Assembly: GCA_964016885.1 (NCBI GenBank)
Contig: OZ024741.1
Coordinates: forward strand, 365,986,001-366,050,000
Length of the DNA stretch: 64,000 bases
Reading direction: 5' to 3'
From: Eledone cirrhosa
Taxonomy: Eukaryota
The notes below the pieces were generated by a model. The model saw only the letters and a program-made list of their open reading frames with translations. It was not told the DNA's origin and ran no database searches. Position numbers and translations under genes: made by a program. Shown in pieces: positions 58,103 through 64,000 of this stretch. The first letter of the stretch is position 1; every line of letters begins with the position of its first letter.

Positions 58103-58384
58103 GAGGGTGTTAAAGTTTGCTTGAAGCATTGTGAAATGTGTAAAATACGTATTTAAGAAAGCCACAACAATGCAGAGGGAAATCTCGAGGTAGGAAGTGG
58201 AAGATAGATAGGAAAACAGGTGAAAGTGGGATTAAATCTCTACTACGGTAACCCTTCTACCTTTGTTTTGTTTTCATCTTTGTCTCTCTCAATTTTCACT
58301 TTCACCTGTTTTTCCTATCTATCTTCCACTTCCTACCTCGAGATTTCCCTCTGCATTGTTGTGGCTTTCTTAAATACGTATTTT

Positions 58385-58390
<6 letters not shown>
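58103..58390. repeat. Inverted-repeat cassette (~92-bp arms) in (TA)n, no HHR seen
   Basis: Arms 58137-58228 and 58297-58390. Confidence 0.85.
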
Positions 58391-58456
<66 letters not shown>

Positions 58457-59298
58457 GTACACACATATATATATATATATGTAGTATACTCTTGGAACAC
58501 CAGAAATGAACTTTCCCGATATAGGGTATAACTCTCTTTGTTTATTTTTTTATATGAATATTGATTGTTTGTTCCTGTATCTCATATCTGTTATTTTGCC
58601 TAAGAAAATATCTCTATGTGTCCTTAAACAGTGCACACATATATTTATTTTTACATATCCAATTGAGTTATTCGCACGAGGCTTGAATTCTTGTTAGAGT
58701 TCAATGACCTCCGTGTGTATTATTTTCACTGTAGCCTCCTCCTCCCATTTTGGGGACAGTGTGAGATTTTCTTTCGAACTGCTGGACTTACAACTTAGCA
58801 CCTCTTTCTAGCACTGATGGAGATCATCGCTAAATATTGATGTTGATTTAGTTATTAATATTAATATTATTGGGCACCCACTGAAGATTTATAAGTGGCC
58901 ACTTGAATAAGTATCTGTTGATCTTACGCAAGTTTCAACATAACTTGGTATAATTTCACCTACCATGTAGAAATCTTACAATGAAACGATTCGTTTGGGA
59001 AATGAGATCTTTAATATATCTCAAACAAAATAATACAGCCAATTATCCACACAATACAATATAGTTAGTACTCCAAACGTTCAATTGGGAATATACTCCG
59101 GTATTTCCTAATGTTTGTTGAGTGAGTTGGAAATTGGTCGGAGTATCGCTATTAGCTTTCTCCGTTTATGTTATTATATATATATATATACATAGGTACA
59201 CACACACACACACACACACACACGCATATATATACATATATGTTTACATATGCATATATATGTGTATATATGTATGTATATATGTATTTATATATATT

Positions 59299-59330
<32 letters not shown>

Positions 59331-59459
59331 TATATAGGAGGTGAGTTTTATTGTAGTACAATAAAGCAATGCAGATATCGGATAAGAAGCACTCTACAGT
59401 TTGTAGGACTGGAGTATACATAATATAAGATCAAAAGATGGTTAAAGGAGTTCCATGTA

Positions 59460-59526
59460 TTTTATTATGCGCATTTCAAAAACAAACATCATCATGCAAT
59501 AATATTTGTGTTTTCATCAGATAAAA
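59460..59526 (-). ncRNA. Inverted copy of the 59639 hammerhead
   Basis: Reverse complement of 59639-59705. Confidence 0.85.
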
Positions 59527-59638
59527 CAGGAGAACATGATATGAAGGCTAAAAAAACTTGTGGATAGTGCAGTTGATATGTTGATTTAAAACTGCACTAT
59601 CCACAAGTGTTTTTTAGCCTTCATATCATGTCCTCCTG

Positions 59639-59705
59639 TTTTATCTGATGAAAACACAAATATTATTGCATGATGATGTTTGTTTTTGAAATGCGCATAA
59701 TAAAA
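59639..59705 (+). ncRNA. Type I hammerhead ribozyme
   Basis: TTTTAT-CTGATGA-AAAcACAAATATTATT-gcat-GATGATGTTTGTtTTT-GAAAT-GCGC-ATA-ATAAAA. Confidence 0.85.
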
Positions 59706-59736
59706 TACATGGAACTCCTTTAACCATCTTTTGATC

Positions 59737-59810
<74 letters not shown>

Positions 59811-59817
59811 GTATATA

Positions 59818-59867
<50 letters not shown>

Positions 59868-59907
59868 GTAAACAAACACACTCTACTCTCACGCACGCAC
59901 ACACACA

Positions 59908-59959
<52 letters not shown>

Positions 59960-60158
59960 GTGCACGAGATTTTTCAGCATGGTATTGATATCAACCCTGT
60001 CAAGTCCGACCGAAGTCAAGATATATGACATCAGTTTTGGAACCCTCTGCCAAATGTCTCAACATGTCATGTAAGTAGACATATATAGAGGACATATATA
60101 GAGGACAGATATAGAGGACAGATATAGAGGACATATATATGTATGTATATATATAGAT

Positions 60159-60209
<51 letters not shown>

Positions 60210-61185
60210 CAGAGAGAGAGATATTATAAATATGTATATGTATATTTATATATACGTATGTATATTTATTATATACGTATATATATGTATATATATACAT
60301 ATATACCTATCTATATGTATATTTATATACATATACATATACATATATATTTATATATATATATGTGTGTGTGTCTGTGTGTATGTGTATGTGTGTATGT
60401 GTGTGTGTATGTGTGGGTGTATGTGTGTGCGTGTGTGTGCGTGTGCGTGTGTGTGCGTGTGTGTGCGTGTGTGTGTGTGTAGTTAGAGCGTCGAGCTTAC
60501 AATCGTGATGCTGTGAGTTCAATTGTCGGACCGGAATTTGCGTTGTGTTGAGAAATGAGTTGCGACGTCACTGGTGTGAAGCTCTATTGGCTTCTGCACT
60601 TCCCTCGGACAACAACGGTGGCGTGGTGTAGGTAAACTGGTGTCCTTGGGCGACAGCTCGTCTTCCACAAACAACATTGCCCGGACATGTGCCTCGGACG
60701 GAACTTTCTAAGTGCAAATCTCATGTCCATTACTGACCGAAGGGGATATTTTGCCTTTTTATATATATACACACATCTATCATATATGTCTACCATGGCA
60801 ATAACACTGAATTAGCAGGCTGTCCCCGAAAGAAATTGATCCTCTATTTTATATTTTATATTTTTGGTTTGTGTTCGACGTTATCCTGTTGTCTTATGGG
60901 ACTAATTATGCAAGTTACACCCGATGAAATCGTTTGTCTTTCATTGTTAACAGAAGAAAATGATATGCCATCGAAATATGTATGAAGCTTTCACCGAATT
61001 AAAATTCTAAAATAAATTTCCAATGTTGCCTTCTATTGTTGTTTTTTATGAATACGCAACTCCGTTCCTGCACCCGCCACAAGATATCACATCAATGGCG
61101 CATGGTTTTGGTAAGGTTGAGTGCTTTAATTAATTCATTGGTCATCGTTTACCAATTGTAACCACCATAGGTAAATAACATACAT

Positions 61186-61256
<71 letters not shown>

Positions 61257-62647
61257 GTATATATGTGTGTGTATATATATATATGCATTTATTTATGTAA
61301 TTAAATATGTGTATTTATAAGTATATATTTGTGTATATATATATAAACAATTACATATATATAAATATGTATACAAATAGAGATACGTAAGTGCATAGAT
61401 AAATAAAAATGTGTATATTGAGTATGAATAACTACAGAAAATAGATAAATCGATACATAGATAGGCATGCTGATATACATGCATATTTGAACTGAGGCAT
61501 AACTATATATATACGTGTGTGTGTGTGTGCGTGTGACTCAGTTTGTTATATATATGTTCTTTTTTATTATTATTTAGAAGTTGCATTCAAAAATGAATAA
61601 GATGAGGAGAATTTAGGTTACGTTAATCAGAAGCCACCATCATGTGATTTGATTACAGTCAACGTACAGTACACAGAATGGCATAACATAACCGCATCGA
61701 CGAAATTCGTTATTCATTCAGTATACTGAACTTTTCCTTTTAACTATAGAAACGCATCACATTTTAAACAAATGGAGAAATATAATATCGATTTTTTTGT
61801 TTTTTTTGACGAGGCACTAGGTCAAACAAATCTTTATTGGGGGAATGAATAAAGACAGTTGCATCTTATACACTGTATTAATTGTACTGTGAAGGTTCGT
61901 GTCTTAGCGTGTAGGGTTTTCGGTTGACGAGCGAGTGTTTGATTTCTGCTGGTGCGTTGTCTTTTTGAGCAAGACATTTTATTTAACGTTATTCCACTAC
62001 AGTCAGTAGGCAAAACTTAGTAGTATTAGTAATTCAAGAGGTCAGTCTTGTTATATTCTATCACGTAGGATGTCACGGGAAACTATGGTAACAGTGCACG
62101 TGTCTATAGAATAATCTAACACTTGCACGTTTGATCAGAAGTTACTGTGGAGCTAGACAAAAACAAGAACTATGAGATTTGCACTTGCCAGTGCTTGGCG
62201 TGCGAAAAATAACGTTATGTCCAACAACATAAGCTTTGAGTGGGGCGATGGGGGCGGGGGCATTGTACGTCTATTGTAAGGATGTCCGGCTTAAGAGCAT
62301 AGAATCAGGAGTTTGTTTCCCGATGGCGTATTGTGTGCTTGAACAAAACATTATTTTATGTTATTCCAATTCACTTAGATGCCAAAAATGAGAAGGTAAA
62401 CCCTAGTCGATAGTAAAGACACTTTACTAAGTTACCATTTGTGAAGCCAACTCCTTAACTATAAAGCCAGGCTTGCGTAAATGGGAATAAGAACAAAGAT
62501 TCCGGACAATGCTATTAAACAATATAGCTATCTAATCTCTAAAATGACAACATAAAACAATAGAGAATCTAACGAGAATACTCGAAACATACTGACATGC
62601 ACATTACTATGTATACTACACAGAATTAAGAACTGCATGTCTATTCG

Positions 62648-62697
<50 letters not shown>

Positions 62698-62906
62698 ATA
62701 TATATATATATATTTCATTATAATCGATGATATATATTTTCATAGATATGACTGAAATATGAAAAATAGTGAAGATATTGGAATAACATATTCGTATTTA
62801 TTATTAATAATTATTTTTCGTATTTATTATTAATAATAATTTTTACTTTGGCACTTCATCTGACTAAGAATCCTGAATAGTTGCATCTCTCTCTCTCCCC
62901 TTCTCC

Positions 62907-62978
<72 letters not shown>

Positions 62979-62983
<5 letters not shown>

Positions 62984-63168
62984 AAAATGTACGACCCCGA
63001 CGGCAGAGCTCAAGCCGTTTTGACGGGTATTTCCAGAAATAGCCGTCGAAACGGCTTGAGCTCTGCCATCGGGGTCATACATTTTCCTATTACCCACTCT
63101 ACTACCCTAGGTATTGAGTACTCTTGTGCGTTATGGTCCATCTGGTTCCTTACCACAACTCCTCCGTT
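62979..63168 (+). mobile_element. Fold-back mini-element family A, copy 3
   Basis: Homologous to 7504 and 38690. Confidence 0.85.
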
Positions 63169-63173
63169 ATATA

Positions 63174-63235
<62 letters not shown>

Positions 63236-63236
<1 letters not shown>

Positions 63237-63736
63237 TTCATTTCTCACTCTTAATACGGCACTTACTTACTATAATAATTTCGTTTCATTCTATTCCATT
63301 TATCGTTTTCGGTGTGCCCGGCCGACTGAACTCACTTGATATGCAAATTAGGCTGCTGAGCTGTTAATATGCATAAGGAAAGTATATACTTTCAGACGTT
63401 CAACTATCTGGCAGGAAGGTATACGATGCTGACGATAGCTAATAAGCTTGAAACTAGTACATCGTTCCTGTGTCAGTGTTGAACAAAAAGGTGACGTGGT
63501 TGCCTAAACACTGTACGGCGTATTCGGGCTGTTTGTTTGTTTACAAACAAACAAACCGAACATTATAATAAATGTTCGGTAAACCGATACGTGCATATAT
63601 ATATGTGTGCATGTATGTATATATATACATTCTACTGTACGTCTGTATACATATATGTATGCACGTATACATACATACTTATATTTAAGGAAGTGCCGTA
63701 CTAAGAGTGAGAAATGAAATTTCGTTTCATTCTATT

Positions 63737-63740
<4 letters not shown>
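63236..63740 (+). mobile_element. Retrozyme-like non-coding element (~441-bp monomer) in (TA)n
   Basis: AATTTCGTTTCATTCTATTCCAT is direct at 63277 and 63718; 63236-63269 is inverted relative to 63686-63719; central HHR. Confidence 0.8.
63423..63465 (+). ncRNA. Minimal type I hammerhead ribozyme
   Basis: ACGATG-CTGACGA-t-AGCT-aata-AGCT-t-GAAAC-TA-GTA-CATCGT. Confidence 0.85.
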
Positions 63741-63792
<52 letters not shown>

Positions 63793-63795
<3 letters not shown>

Positions 63796-63930
63796 GATGT
63801 AATCAATTTGAAACTGTTTGGACCATTACTCACCAGCTTACTCGATATTTGGAGTAGTAGAATGTGATTACATTGTAAAGAGTCGAGACCCGACAGCTGA
63901 GCTCTTGGCGTTTCAACACCTAGTTTCATA
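63793..63930 (-). mobile_element. Diverged relative of family A
   Basis: Minus strand GAAACGCCAAGAGCTCAGCTGTCGGGT ... TCTACTAC ... ATGGTCCA. Confidence 0.55.
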
Positions 63931-64000
63931 TATACATAGACGTATGTACATAAGTGTATACACATATATAGAAATACATAGACACATATATTCCAATCCG

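Larger units (their letters stand above)
59336..59745. mobile_element. Inverted-repeat cassette (~155-bp arms) with an HHR in each arm, in (TA)n
   Basis: Arms 59420-59574 and 59590-59745. Confidence 0.9.

Noticed and set aside
60918-60990. CCGATGA...GAAATATGTATG hammerhead candidate
   Set aside because: Core mutated and stems not closable

Overview
AT-rich eukaryotic non-genic DNA saturated with (TA)n, (CA)n, (GA)n and (TATG)n microsatellites. The SINE families and repeat texture resemble a cephalopod (octopus) genome; this is an inference. No host protein-coding gene can be supported, and most listed ORFs are microsatellite artefacts. Recognisable content: decayed Penelope-like element (PLE) pieces (GIY-YIG endonuclease, Naiad-type RT), RTE, CR1-like and R4/Dong-like LINE fragments, mariner fragments and many tRNA-derived SINEs. 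The main signal is a dense set of short, sequence-diverse cassettes embedded in (TA)n tracts. They are built as asymmetric inverted repeats and carry type I hammerhead ribozyme (HHR) motifs: about 10 loci with a full or near-full fold plus several 3' halves. These include a compensatory U3-A8 core variant, HHRs with greatly extended stem II, retrozyme-like 318-bp and 441-bp monomers, and fold-back junctions that repeatedly fall in HHR stem II. All alignments and coordinates were read by eye and may be off by a few bases.
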